This document shows, piece by piece, positions 34,948-45,598 of a DNA stretch of 64,000 nt. The notes under the pieces were generated by a model, which saw nothing but the letters and a program-made list of their open reading frames with translations, was not told the DNA's origin and did no database searches. Source of the stretch: a virus. Numbering within the stretch: position 1 is the first letter of the stretch; every line of letters starts with the position of its first letter. The translations under genes and the position numbers were made by a program. The stretch is from the IMG/VR virus record IMGVR_UViG_3300029554_000001. One strand, given 5' to 3'.

Positions 34948-35585
34948 AATTTTATATCTTTCTTAATAACTTCTCTTTTACCATCAAGTCCAACAATAAT
35001 AACATCTTCATTCTTAGTATTAAGAATAACAAAAGGTCTTTGGACACCGCAACAATTCTTTTCAGCAGCTTCAAGAGCAGTAAGAATATGTTGTTCAGGA
35101 GTAAAATCTTTCATATATTTAGTAGTAGCATAAAGACTTCCTTTAGCAGTTACCTCACCACAACCGACAGCAGAATAACCAGTCAAAGGTTCAAGAACAG
35201 AATAATCATTCTGAATTTCATAAAGTTTTCCATCAATACCTACTAAGAAATTACCACCTTTATCTCCATTATCTTTAATACCATTTTCAAAAAGAGTAAT
35301 AATATTAGGAACAAAAGTAGTAACCATATATTCATGATTTACTTTAGTTTCACCAGAAGGAATTTTATATTTATCAATCTCAGGAAATAAAGTTTTACTA
35401 TATTTAAGCAAATCAATATGTCTAAAAGTAGAAGTACTACCCATAACAACATTTTTCAAAGTAGTATTTCTAAATACTTTAGGATTAGATTCGACATCTT
35501 GAGTATAACCATTACTACCAAGGCTATCTGCACCAATCCAAGTGACATTATTTTTCTTATCCGTAAAACCAACGATACAAGTCAT
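34944..35585 (-). CDS. Ntn-hydrolase, HslV/proteasome beta-like (tentative)
   Basis: N-terminus MTCIVGFTDKKNNVTWIGADSLGSNGYT (Thr directly after Met, then GxD..G) resembles HslV-type Thr1 proteases. Confidence 0.5.
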   Translation of the reverse strand: MTCIVGFTDKKNNVTWIGADSLGSNGYTQDVESNPKVFRNTTLKNVVMGSTSTFRHIDLLKYSKTLFPEIDKYKIPSGETKVNHEYMVTTFVPNIITLFENGIKDNGDKGGNFLVGIDGKLYEIQNDYSVLEPLTGYSAVGCGEVTAKGSLYATTKYMKDFTPEQHILTALEAAEKNCCGVQRPFVILNTKNEDVIIVGLDGKREVIKKDIKL

Positions 35586-35604
35586 AATTAATTTTTACCT
35601 CTAT

Positions 35605-36378
35605 TTAAGTATTTTTTAATTTATACAGAGTTTCTTTTTTTACAGTGTTTTTTTCAATCAATCCAAGTTCAATAAGAGCTTCTAAATATTTTCTTAAAGT
35701 AGTAGAAGATAAAGATGTTTTCTGTAATAGAAATTTTAAAGTAATAGCTTCTTTATATTTCCAACCATTAGGAAAAGTTTTGTTTAATGCTTGCCTTCTA
35801 TCAATAAGCATTTTAATTAAAAGATAAGTATTAAGTAAACTATCTACTTTAAGTTTAGATTTTGTTGTTTTATCTTTTAAACAATATTTCATAATTATTA
35901 AATAATCTTTAATACTTAAAGTAGTAAAATTATTAATAATAATTTCATCATAAAGTTCAATAGATAACATATATTGAGGAAATCTTTGATATTGTGTTAA
36001 AAGTTTTTCTTTTTGCAATTCAATATCTTTTTCACAAGTATTTATATCAAATTCACAACAATTAAAGTAATCTCCATATTTAGGAATATCAATAACTGAC
36101 TCAGAGATAATTTCTTTTTTTCTATTAACAATAGTATTTGATAGAAGATATAAAGATGATAGAATTTTACTAATTTTAGAAGCTTTAGTTTTTTGATTTT
36201 CCATGCTATCATCTACATAACATTCTTCTAAAAATAAAATACTACTATTTACTTTTCCAAGCATGTTTCTATTAATGGCTAAAAATAGATATGTTAAAGA
36301 AGTATATGAATTTACTCTGTTAGAAAGTTCTATTATTCCATTAGGAATCTTTACAAACAAAGAATCATATTTGCTCAA
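35605..36378 (-). CDS. first gene of the leftward block; possible winged-helix DNA-binding protein
   Basis: TTG start 7 nt after AGGAG; C-terminus TSLSSTTLRKYLEALIELGLIEK is HTH-like. Confidence 0.55.
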   Translation of the reverse strand: MSKYDSLFVKIPNGIIELSNRVNSYTSLTYLFLAINRNMLGKVNSSILFLEECYVDDSMENQKTKASKISKILSSLYLLSNTIVNRKKEIISESVIDIPKYGDYFNCCEFDINTCEKDIELQKEKLLTQYQRFPQYMLSIELYDEIIINNFTTLSIKDYLIIMKYCLKDKTTKSKLKVDSLLNTYLLIKMLIDRRQALNKTFPNGWKYKEAITLKFLLQKTSLSSTTLRKYLEALIELGLIEKNTVKKETLYKLKNT

Positions 36379-36414
36379 AAATATACTCCTACTTTCTTAT
36401 TTTATTTCAAAAGA

Positions 36415-36443
36415 AGAATACCATAATTATTTTTCCTTGTCAA
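36415..36443 (-). promoter_or_regulatory. leftward promoter TTGACA-17-TATTCT
   Basis: Minus strand TTGACA (36443-36438), 17 bp, TATTCT (36420-36415); 35 bp upstream of 35605..36378. Confidence 0.6.
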
Positions 36444-36746
36444 GTCTTTTGATAAGCTTTTCTTTAAATTTTCAAAAATCTTTTAAATATAGAAAAATAA
36501 AGACTAAAGTGCATTGAATGCCAAGCCTTGATAAAGGCGCAGGCATATTGTCTTTCTTTGTTATATATAGAGTCTATATTAGAGTACCCCATAAAGGACG
36601 ATAATTTTTCCCTTAAATTCTCTATATTCTGGAGCATTTTACAATCGTCAAGAAATGTATGAGTAGTTTTAACATTTCCGTAAGATGCGTAAAATTTTGT
36701 ATGAGTAAAATTGACATTTTTAATTTTGAATATTTCTTCTGATGAA

Positions 36747-36776
36747 AGTATAACATACAAAACATAGAAAAGTCAA
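36747..36776 (-). promoter_or_regulatory. leftward promoter TTGACT-18-TATACT
   Basis: Minus strand TTGACT (36776-36771), 18 bp, TATACT (36752-36747); divergent from the rightward promoter at 36815. Confidence 0.5.
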
Positions 36777-36814
36777 GGGGTTTATGAACATCACTAAAAA
36801 ATTTTCGGAAATAG

Positions 36815-36843
36815 TTGACAGGAATAGAAACATGTGTTACAAT
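36815..36843 (+). promoter_or_regulatory. rightward promoter TTGACA-17-TACAAT
   Basis: TTGACA 36815-36820, TGT-TACAAT 36838-36843; an in-frame ATG at 36850 lies at the expected transcription start. Confidence 0.65.
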
Positions 36844-36963
36844 TCAGACATGAAAGAAAAGCGGATGAATACCAATGAGAATTGTGAATTCGTCCAAAAA
36901 AATATAGAAAGAGAGGTACAACAATGTATAATTCTTAAGCAAAAAAGCAATGCAAAAGCATAG

Positions 36964-37701
36964 ATGAATACATTAAAGCAACCGATGGAGATTGTAAAAA
37001 ATATAGATATAGACCTTAATAAGAGGACAATTTTTTTAGATGTAGATGATGTTTTGTTAGATAGTTCAGCGGCAGTAGTAGCTATTTTAAATTAGCGTTA
37101 TGGTTTAAATAAGACTTTAGATGATTTGGTTGACTGGGGATACAAAAGTATTTATAGAAATTTAACTAAAGAACAAGTTAGTGAAATTTACGAATCAGAA
37201 AAATTTTGGTCATTAGTAAAGCCTAATGAAATATTAATGAAAGCTTTAGAAGATTCCGAAGAAGATGAACAAGGAATCTGGCGACAATATAATTGGATAT
37301 TACTTACCAAAGGCTCAAAAGAATCACTACAGAAGAAGCTTGATTATTTAAATAAGATTCCGTTTTTTAAACGTAATGAATCGAAATGGCGGTATTTTGG
37401 ATTAGGTCATGGAGAGAAGAAAGAAGATGTTCATATGTTAGGACGGATTCAAATTGATGATAATTATAGCTTTCTTAATAGAACTGATGCAGATTTAAAG
37501 ATTCTGGTAAGGAATGGTAAAGAGACAAGATTTAATCGACCTAAAGTTGAGACAGAAAATCTTGAAAATTTATATATTGTAGATAATATTTCACAAGTTT
37601 TTGAAATTTTAGAATTTATAACAAAATTAGATACTGAAGATATTGACCTTGATGGTTTTGATATTATGGATATGATTACTGAGGTTAGTCAAATTATTTA
37701 A
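36964..37701 (+). CDS. HAD-superfamily 5'(3')-deoxyribonucleotidase-like protein (NT5C-like), one in-frame TAG
   Basis: Motif I FLDVDDVLLDS; TAG at 37093 joins this N-terminus to ORF 37126..37701 in the same frame; the frame is also open upstream through TAG 36961 to ATG 36865/36850, so the start is uncertain. Confidence 0.6.
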
Positions 37702-37726
37702 AATTCCAGCGAAGGAAGGTAACTAA

Positions 37727-39735
37727 GTGCGTTTATTTTACACCGTTAAGCTTAACAGTGCATTAATTAAAGAAAACGGCTATAATTTAGACATTAGTTT
37801 TCAAGATTGTTTAAAGAGTAATCTAATTGTTTCTTTAGCAGATAGTCAAATGCTAAAGAGTATTCGTGATATAACTGGTTAGAAGATTGATAGAGTCCAG
37901 CTTGAGGAATGGTACTCTGAAAGAGATAAATTAAAAAAAGGAAAAAACAGCAAAAATAATAGGGATAGAATTAAAGAGCTACAAAGAAAAATCTATAACA
38001 TGATGTTTATACCACAGTATATTACTGTAAGCATGGAAAATGTTAAATCTTATCGAGATATCTATGAAAATGGTTTTTCTTTTACTATTGATTGTGGAGA
38101 GCCTATTATTAAAACTGTTAAAAATAAAGATGGTTTAAATGAAGACATAGTTATCGGTTACGAGAAAGTAACGTATCATTATAAACGTTTATCTTGTTCA
38201 GCATCTCAAGCACGAGTAAGCACAGTAGTTTTTTGTGAAGAAACTATTTTGTCAGAATTAAAGAGAAGGCTTGATAATGGACGTAATATGGATGATTACA
38301 AAATCGCCCCTAGTAAGTATAATGCATATTTTGGTTTATATTCGAGTGCAATAAAAGAAGTTACCAAACCAAGATTTTGTATAATTCCAGATTATTCAGA
38401 AGTAAGACCTGTTGATGTTGATTTTGTGATTGAACAACCAGCAGACCAAGATGATATTGTCGAAGAAAGAACAGTAGACGTTGAATTTAATATGGTCGAT
38501 GGTTCTGGTTTAATTAGTCCTCAAATGGCTGAACAATGGGGAAAAGACCTTGAAGAAGATTATACTCCTTGTCAATTTTGTATCCGCTGTGCTTTCACAA
38601 AAGGGGCTGTAAATGAATTTGATTTTGTTGACTGGTGTAAAGAACTTAACAACGAGAATTATTTAATTAAAGATGTTTACGGCAACTATGTAGATGTAAG
38701 AAATATTGATGTTATTCTTACAGAAGGTATGGCAAAACTTTGGAGTGCTTGGGGTTCTCAAGAAAGTTTTGAAGAAAATTGTCAAAAGAATGGTATCATT
38801 TGGGGAGTAACCAAATATGCTCCTAAACAAGACAAAGAAGTAAATACAGCAAATTATCAATTTTTGCAAACTTTAAATCTTACGCCAGAAATGGTAAAAG
38901 ATGTTTGTAAACTAACAGTTGATTATATTCAAGGTGTAAGTTATGATAATATTTATTACACTTTATTATTCCTTCTTGGCGAAAATTTGACTCAAGATAA
39001 TATTGAAAATTATATGAAATCAAGCGATAATTATTGGTTAAAGTCTCTTGTTTTAAATAATTCTTTGTTATATGATAAATATTCTAAAGAAAAAGTAAGA
39101 GATTTTATTATTAGAAAAATTGAACTTGCTTGTCTTGGAAAAATTATGGTTCATGGTAATTTTCAATGTATTGTAGTTGATGGGTATGCTTTTATGCAAG
39201 CTGCTACTGGTCAAAAAGTAACTGGTTTGTTAAATGCAGGAGAAATGTATTCGCAATTTTGGAATAAGAGAAATGTTACTAAAGTAGACACAATGCGTAG
39301 CCCACTCACTCATTTTAGCGAGCACTACCCTGTTGAATTAAAGAATACAGAAGAAATGAAAAAGTGGTACAAGTACAGTTATAGTGGAGTAATTGTTAAT
39401 TGCCACGATGCACATACAATGCATTGGGCAGGAAGTGACTATGACTATGACATTATATTTACTTGCGATAATCCAAATTTTATTAATGGTGTTTATCCAG
39501 ACCAAAGAGTAGTAACTTACAATGCTAAAAAACCTCACAAAAAGCCAGCGAGAGAAATGACTGATTTGGATTTGTATAATACTGATACATTCAGTTTTGG
39601 TACAAGAATTGGTCAAATTACCAATATTTGTTCTACATTTGTTGGTATGTTACCTTTGTTTGAAAAAGGTAGTAAAGAAGAAAAATTGTTGCAAGATAGA
39701 GTTAGGTCGTGTTGTGCGGCTCAATCGAGACAGAT
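37727..39735 (+). CDS. RdRP-family (YonO/QDE-1-like) single-subunit RNA polymerase, exon 1
   Basis: GTG after GAAGGAAGG; TAG at 37880 in frame; ordered motifs TMRSPLTHFSEH, AGSDYDYDIIF (DxDxD) and CAAQSRQI- parallel R.P..hp.d, GGDlDGD and aVD..KtG of two-barrel RdRP-like polymerases. Confidence 0.7.
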
Positions 39736-40928
39736 TAATTAAATAGTCTGGCTATTTGGTAACAAATAGAAAAATTTACATGGTGAACCTATAAATATAG
39801 GGTGTCATTCTCACTTTTGGAATTATAGGAAATGATAATTAAGAGAATGGCTAACAGGGGAAGCCTAAGTTGTTTAATATGGTAATCCTGTGGTAGAAGA
39901 ATTGTTTAATTATAAAAGAAAGGAGGAAATTCAATGGGTGGATGGAATTTTATTGATAGAACTGGAATGACCTTTGGAAAATTAAAAGTACAAAAGTATT
40001 TAGGGAATAAAAAGTGGTTGTGTCACTGTGAGTGTGGAAATGATTGTATTGTTAATTCAGATAATCTTCCCATTAACGGCAAAAGAAGAATGACAAAATC
40101 TTGTGGCTGTTTGAAAGAAAGTCGCCTAATAAAGAATTTAGATTTCTTTGATGTTATTGATACTGAAGAAAAGGCTTATATTTTAGGATTTTTAGCCTCG
40201 GATGGGTGTGTTACTTATAATGAAGAAACAAAATCTTATTATATAAAAGTAGTTGTTAATTCAATTGATAGAGATTTACTAATACAATTCAAAAAAGCTT
40301 TTGGAACAAAAGCAGAAGTGAAAATTTTTAAAACATTTACACACTTACCCCAAGGTGGCGAATGTGAATCTGAAATGAGTAGTTTGTTATTATGCAGTAA
40401 GCATTTAACTAAACAATTAATAAAATATGGAGTAACACCAAAGAAAAGTTTAACTCTTGATATTGATTATTCTCTTGTTCCAGATAATTTAAAGAGACAC
40501 TTTTGGAGAGGCTTGTTTGATGGTGACGGAACTTTTGGGCTTTTTGGTAAGAAAAAACTTTTAGAGGTTAGTTTGACTACATCAAAAAATATGGCTGAAC
40601 ATACAAAAGAAGAAATCCTTAAGTTTTTTCCAGAAAGTAAAATTGGATGTTATTTAAGAAAAGAATGTTCTGGTAACACTTACAACATGATTTTCACTAC
40701 TCAAAAAGATGGGTTAAATTTTTTATCTTATATGTATGAAAATAGTAATATAAGATTAGAAAGAAAATATCAAAAATATTTAGAAATTAAAAACAATTCT
40801 TAAACTCAAACGACTATCCCGAGAGGGAGTACATTTAAGGTGAAATTCCTTATTTGGAAGTGCCATGCTCCTTGTTTACAAGGATGAAGATATAGTCTAG
40901 CCCTTTAAGGAAACTAAAGGTAGTAGCG
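39736..40928 (+). mobile_element. group I intron (boundaries +/- a few nt) carrying a LAGLIDADG ORF
   Basis: Joining 39735 (U) to 40929 (after a G) restores AAQSRQ-I-DKTKIG in frame; the 3' core CAAACGACTATCCCGAGAGGGAGTA ... GATATAGTCTAG is shared with the two terminase introns. Confidence 0.6.
39934..40803 (+). CDS. LAGLIDADG homing endonuclease (double-motif)
   Basis: AAAGGAGG SD; motifs YILGFLASDGCV and FWRGLFDGDGTF; no TAG codons. Confidence 0.85.
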   Translation: MGGWNFIDRTGMTFGKLKVQKYLGNKKWLCHCECGNDCIVNSDNLPINGKRRMTKSCGCLKESRLIKNLDFFDVIDTEEKAYILGFLASDGCVTYNEETKSYYIKVVVNSIDRDLLIQFKKAFGTKAEVKIFKTFTHLPQGGECESEMSSLLLCSKHLTKQLIKYGVTPKKSLTLDIDYSLVPDNLKRHFWRGLFDGDGTFGLFGKKKLLEVSLTTSKNMAEHTKEEILKFFPESKIGCYLRKECSGNTYNMIFTTQKDGLNFLSYMYENSNIRLERKYQKYLEIKNNS

Positions 40929-41835
40929 AGATAAAACCAAGATTGGCGAAAATGTTAAAGCAGAAGCAACAATTTGGAAACAATATCAACATATAAATCC
41001 AGAAGATTCTCCAGAAGAAATTAAAAGGAAAGAATTTCTTAATTCTCTCTTAGCTGATAAAAAGCCTTATTTTTTCCGATACAAATATAACACTTTAAGT
41101 AAAGAATACAATGAATTTGTTAAGAAAAACGACCAAGATTGCCAGCTTAGATTTGCTTGCTCTTTAAAAGAGTTGTTAGCTAAAGATGAGAATTTATTAA
41201 ATGAAAGTCAAAAAGAATTTATTAGATATTATAAACATTTTCTTCCTGTGGTTGATTCTAATTGTGTGATGAATCAAATTTGTAAATATATTGAAAATGT
41301 TGATTTCCATATTAGAGAAAAAGTACGTTCTTCTCAAAACTTTGATTATCATACTTTAATGTCTGATGGTTTTGTAATTAATAAAAAGATATATGAACAA
41401 ATTAACGATTTAGTATCAAGTAGAATTAAGGAATGGGCAGCTAAAAGAACAGAAAAAGTTCTTGACGGAGCATTTGCAAGTAAGACAGTAAATCCAAGCA
41501 AGGTTCTTGATAGAGATTTAGAATATAATATTTTAAGACAAGATTTATTAACTAATATTTGTTCTAATGAAGAACAATTAGCAAACCATTTAATATATTT
41601 ATTTTATGTAGATAAACAGTCTTATAACAAGAATATTCTTTGGGCTTTAGTTGGAAGACAAATATACGAGAATATAAGAAAAAAGACCTCTGTTTATTAT
41701 TTTCCTCAAAAGAATCCTAATGGTTCTTTAGAGTTTTTATATGAGAAGTATTCTATTGAAAGAGTGCTTGTAAGTCATGAAGAGGAAATTGAAGAAGAGG
41801 AAAAAGGTATAAAGGAGGAATCTTTTTATGATTGA
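40929..41835 (+). CDS. RdRP-family RNA polymerase, exon 2
   Basis: Frame open from 40921; DKTKIGENV...LADKKPYFFRYKY...; ends TGA 41833-41835 (ORF 41173..41835 is its tail). Confidence 0.65.
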
Positions 41836-42862
41836 CATTTATGATGAAGAGGGTTATATTCAGGAAGTTCTTTAGAATGGTTTTTCTCAAAAATGGTAGA
41901 GAGATGCTGCTTTATTGGTAAAGTATTTTAAAACAGAATATGCACTTGGAAATTAGCCTTCTTGGAATAAAGAATGGGTTAAAGAAACGATTAAAGAAAA
42001 GTGTAAAAAGTATGTACCAACTTATGACCCTAATGTAACTTTTAATAGAGTTAATAAGTTGGTAGATACAACTTGGAAGAATTGGAAAGTTGACCCTGAT
42101 AACCTAAAAGAATCATCTTAGCTTAGGAAAATAAAAGAGATAAAAATTCCCGAAGCGGTATTGAACTGGTTTTTAAATCTTGATACATATTATATAACAG
42201 ACGAAGAAGTAAAAGATATTAAATCAAGGCGTAAGAATGTTAGTGTAAAGAATCACCCAATTACAATGGCACGAGCTAAATATTTATTTACTTTATATGT
42301 ATGGACAAAAATTTAGGAAAACTATTTAAGTAGACCTAATATACATTATCTTGAGAAATATAATAAGAAGTTAAGAAATGATGCTGATTTAAAGCCAAGT
42401 TTTTCTCTCACGAAAGAAAGAAACGTATTATTTGATTTAGGATTCATAGATATAAATCATGGACTTGGAGTAACTCCTATATTTATGGACAAAGAGGATT
42501 TCAAAGAAGCGGAGAAAGATGAAAAGGTAATTTTATTGGGTCGGAATGACCTCTATTTGTGCGGAAAATGGCTTGAAATGAGGAAATTCGGAACTTTTAA
42601 GTGTCAAAAATGTCGGAAATTATTGCCACGTTCGGCAAATAAAAGAGGTTAGCCAAGAAAATATTGTGAAGAATGTGCAAAATCTTTGAAAACACATACT
42701 AACGAAAAATATTATTGCATTAATTGTGGAAAAGAAATTGAACATAATAGTGTAACATAGAGAATTCATAAACGTTGCGCAACTTGTCAAGACCTTTATC
42801 GTAAAATGAAAGACAGGGAAAGAAAAAGAAATTTGGAAAATTCCACAAATAAGGCGATTTAA
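41828..42862 (+). CDS. hypothetical protein with C-terminal zinc-ribbon pairs; seven in-frame TAG codons
   Basis: ATG overlaps the upstream TGA; 344 codons free of TAA/TGA but with 7 TAG; CQKC...CEEC...CINC...CATC. Confidence 0.65.
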
Positions 42863-42992
42863 TCGACTTGTGTTTTAACCATATAAAATAAGGCAAAAAC
42901 GACAACTTTTTAAAAAAATAATATCTGCGTAGGTGGAAGGAAGAATAGAAACGCTCCTTCCAAATTTAAAAATAAAAAGGATTGATTAATTT

Positions 42993-43427
42993 ATGATTAA
43001 GGTTTCTAAATACGAGCGTAAAGAATTAGAGAGAGTTGGTCTTCTTAAGAATAGACAGGTTGGTTTGAATCCACAGGATGCAAATTATACTGTTACTAAT
43101 AGAGAACATGTAGGTCGTGATAAGACAATTTATGTTGCTGAAGAACCTGAAATTATGCTTTTCTTGGGTAAGTATGATGATTTGAATCTTCAGAGAATTA
43201 GTGTTAATCAGTATAACAAGCTTGTTGAAAAGAAGATTTTGAATGATGCAAATACTCAGCGTTGGGGCGAATATAAAGTCAACGCTATTTGTTTTCAAGA
43301 TTCTTACGGTGTTTATCGTTGTAAGAAAATTTCTAAGATTATGCTTGAACTTGGTATTTGGAGCAACAACAAGTCTAAGGGGAGCTACAAACCCCACAAG
43401 GTTGTTGAAGTACATACTGAAGATTAA
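42993..43427 (+). CDS. hypothetical protein
   Basis: ORF track; AAAGGA SD. Confidence 0.65.
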   Translation: MIKVSKYERKELERVGLLKNRQVGLNPQDANYTVTNREHVGRDKTIYVAEEPEIMLFLGKYDDLNLQRISVNQYNKLVEKKILNDANTQRWGEYKVNAICFQDSYGVYRCKKISKIMLELGIWSNNKSKGSYKPHKVVEVHTED

Positions 43428-43471
43428 TAGAAACTATTTCTAAAATTTACGAAAAAATTTTTCAAAAACTC

Positions 43472-43500
43472 TTGACAAGGATATAAAATTGTGTTATATA
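43472..43500 (+). promoter_or_regulatory. promoter TTGACA-17-TATATA
   Basis: TTGACA 43472-43477, TGT-TATATA 43495-43500, upstream of the HU gene. Confidence 0.65.
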
Positions 43501-43593
43501 TAAAACAAGTCAAGGGGAAGCCTTGATAAATAAAGGTTTTAAAAGGTAATTTTAAAAATAAAATTTAAAAGATTTAAAGGAGTATTTAATATT

Positions 43594-43869
43594 ATGGTTA
43601 AGAATGAATTTATTGCTGCTATTAAGGACACTGAGGCTTGTGCAGATGTTTCCAAGAAGGATATTGAGGCTGTTATCAAGGGTATGAGCGAGGTTCTGCT
43701 TGATGTTATTGCTAAGAATGATGCAGTTAAGGTTGGCTCTGTAGTTACCATTGGTGGTAAGCATCGTGACGAGCGCGTTGGACACAACCCTGCGACTGGA
43801 GAAAAGCTTACCATTGCTGCTCGTGACGGGGTGCCCTACGCAAAATTTAGCTCTGTAGCAAAGGCCTAA
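43594..43869 (+). CDS. HU/IHF-family DNA-binding protein
   Basis: 91 aa; arm region RDERVGHNPATGEKLTIAARDGVPYAKFS matches R.GRNP.TGE.I.I......F; AAAGGAG SD. Confidence 0.9.
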   Translation: MVKNEFIAAIKDTEACADVSKKDIEAVIKGMSEVLLDVIAKNDAVKVGSVVTIGGKHRDERVGHNPATGEKLTIAARDGVPYAKFSSVAKA

Positions 43870-43933
43870 TAGGAAAAATAATTTACAAAGTAGATTTCTT
43901 TCGAATAAAGAAATCTATATAAACTAAAAGAAT

Positions 43934-43970
43934 AGCTCCAAGTCATCTTATAGTGGCTTGGGGCTTTTTA
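43934..43970 (+). terminator. intrinsic terminator
   Basis: AGCTCCAAG / CTTGGGGCT stem followed by TTTTT. Confidence 0.7.
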
Positions 43971-43983
43971 TATAGGTGATACA

Positions 43984-44829
43984 ATGACAAGATTTAGATT
44001 GATTAAAGCAATTATGGAGGAAACAGGATATGATAAAGAAACTGTTTCTAATGTAATTGAATCTTTAGAATACAAAATCCTTGACACCATTGCAATGGAA
44101 GATTAGCTGGATTTTGTGTTTGGTTCTATTTATGGGACTACCAAACCATCTCATAAAATTACAGGATATGTTTCGATGCTCCCTGAAATTAGAAAACAAA
44201 AAGCTTGGTCTTCTGCCTTTTTAGGATATCCAATGATTAAGTTTAGTAGAGAGGCTAAGAATTGTGATAGAGTTTATGCAAATGAATTCTTTGCTTGGCC
44301 TGAAAATAGATATACTTCGTTAGCTAGGAAGTATAGACAAGATGTTGGAGACCCTGAAATTCCAGAATACGAAGGTTTATCTGAAGAAAAAATTCAAGAG
44401 TTGTGTCAAAAAGCGGATGAAGAGAAAAAAGGTCCTCAGTCTCCCCATCAAAAAGCAAGAGAGGCGAGCAACGAAAGAAAAAGGATTAAACATCAAGAAG
44501 CTCGTCATGCTTTAATGAGGCAAATGGACTTAGAAAAACAAAGAGAAAATGGAGTTCCCGAGGAAGATTTGATTGAGCGACCATTTGAAGATATTTTAGA
44601 AGACATGAAAGCTGAATGGTGGCAAACTCACGAAGATTTTCAAAAAAACTGGAAACCATATTTAGCCGACCCTGAAAAAGTCAAGGAAAGGCAAGCTGCT
44701 CGTTTGCAACATGCAAAAGAGCATAAAGAGTGGATGAAACGACAAGCTGAACTCAAAAATAAAAGAAACGAAGTTTGGCAAGGAGAAATTAACGATGACG
44801 GAATAGCAGTTGAGAAAAACGACGGTTGA
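43984..44829 (+). CDS. protein with an HU-like N-terminal fold and a long charged C-terminal region; one TAG
   Basis: ATG 43984 after AGGTGA; TAG 44104 joins MTRFRLIKAIMEETGYDKETVSNVIESLEYKILDTIAMED to ORF 44116..44829 in frame. Confidence 0.6.
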
Positions 44830-45568
44830 ATGGTTTTATCGTTGGGTTGGTTTTAGCGTGGCCAATGGTAAACATAAATGGATTATTGATATTTATAATA
44901 GGATAATTCCCTTACCAGCAAACCATATGATGCTGTATACAGAACCTTGGTGTGCAGCTACCGTTTCTGCTCTTGGAGAGAGATTAAATTTGACGGAATA
45001 TATTTATCCTGAATGCAGTTGTAACAGGATGATAGCTCTTTACCAGAAGAATGGAAGATGGGAAGAAAGAGACAATTACAAACCTCAAATTGGAGATTTG
45101 TGTTTTTACGATTGGCAAGACAATGGAGTTGGAGAATGTGCTGGAGAAGCTGACCATGTTGGTATGGTTTGTGACGTAAGTGGAAATACCTTTAAAGTTT
45201 TAGAAGGAAATTATTCCAATGAAGTCAAGAGTCGCACAATGCAAATTGATGGTAAATATATTAGAGGTTTTGGTTTACCAAATTATGCTAAAGCTGCAAT
45301 CGGTTATAAAGCTCCAGTTGATAAAACCAATATTAGAACTATGGCTGGTCAAGTACCCTATTTAAACATAGATAATAATAACGAAGCTGTTAAAATGGTT
45401 AAGATTCTTTTTAATAGTTTAGGGTTTAATGCTGGGACAGATACAATTTTTGACGAATAGCTGGAAAATGTAGTAAAACAATACCAAAAGATGTATGGTT
45501 TGAGATAGAATGGAGTAATTAATAGAGATGTTTGGTTGTTGTTACTTTAGGGAAAGCCCAAAAAGTAA
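44795..45568 (+). CDS. CHAP-domain endolysin with C-terminal PG_binding_1-like domain; four in-frame TAG codons
   Basis: ATG 44795 is 9 nt after AAGGAG; TAG at codon 4 (44804) and at 45458, 45506, 45548; catalytic PWCAATVS and DHVGMV; the tail AVKMVKILFNSLGF...VVKQYQKMYGL-Q-NGVINRDVW appears only by reading TAG; stop TAA 45566. Confidence 0.7.
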
Positions 45569-45598
45569 CTAATTATTAAGAGAAGGATGGTGAATTTT

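Noticed and set aside
36464-36760. 98-aa leftward ORF in the divergent promoter region
   Set aside because: Its ATG lies inside the -10 box of the leftward promoter (36747-36752), so the transcript would start downstream of it. There is no SD.
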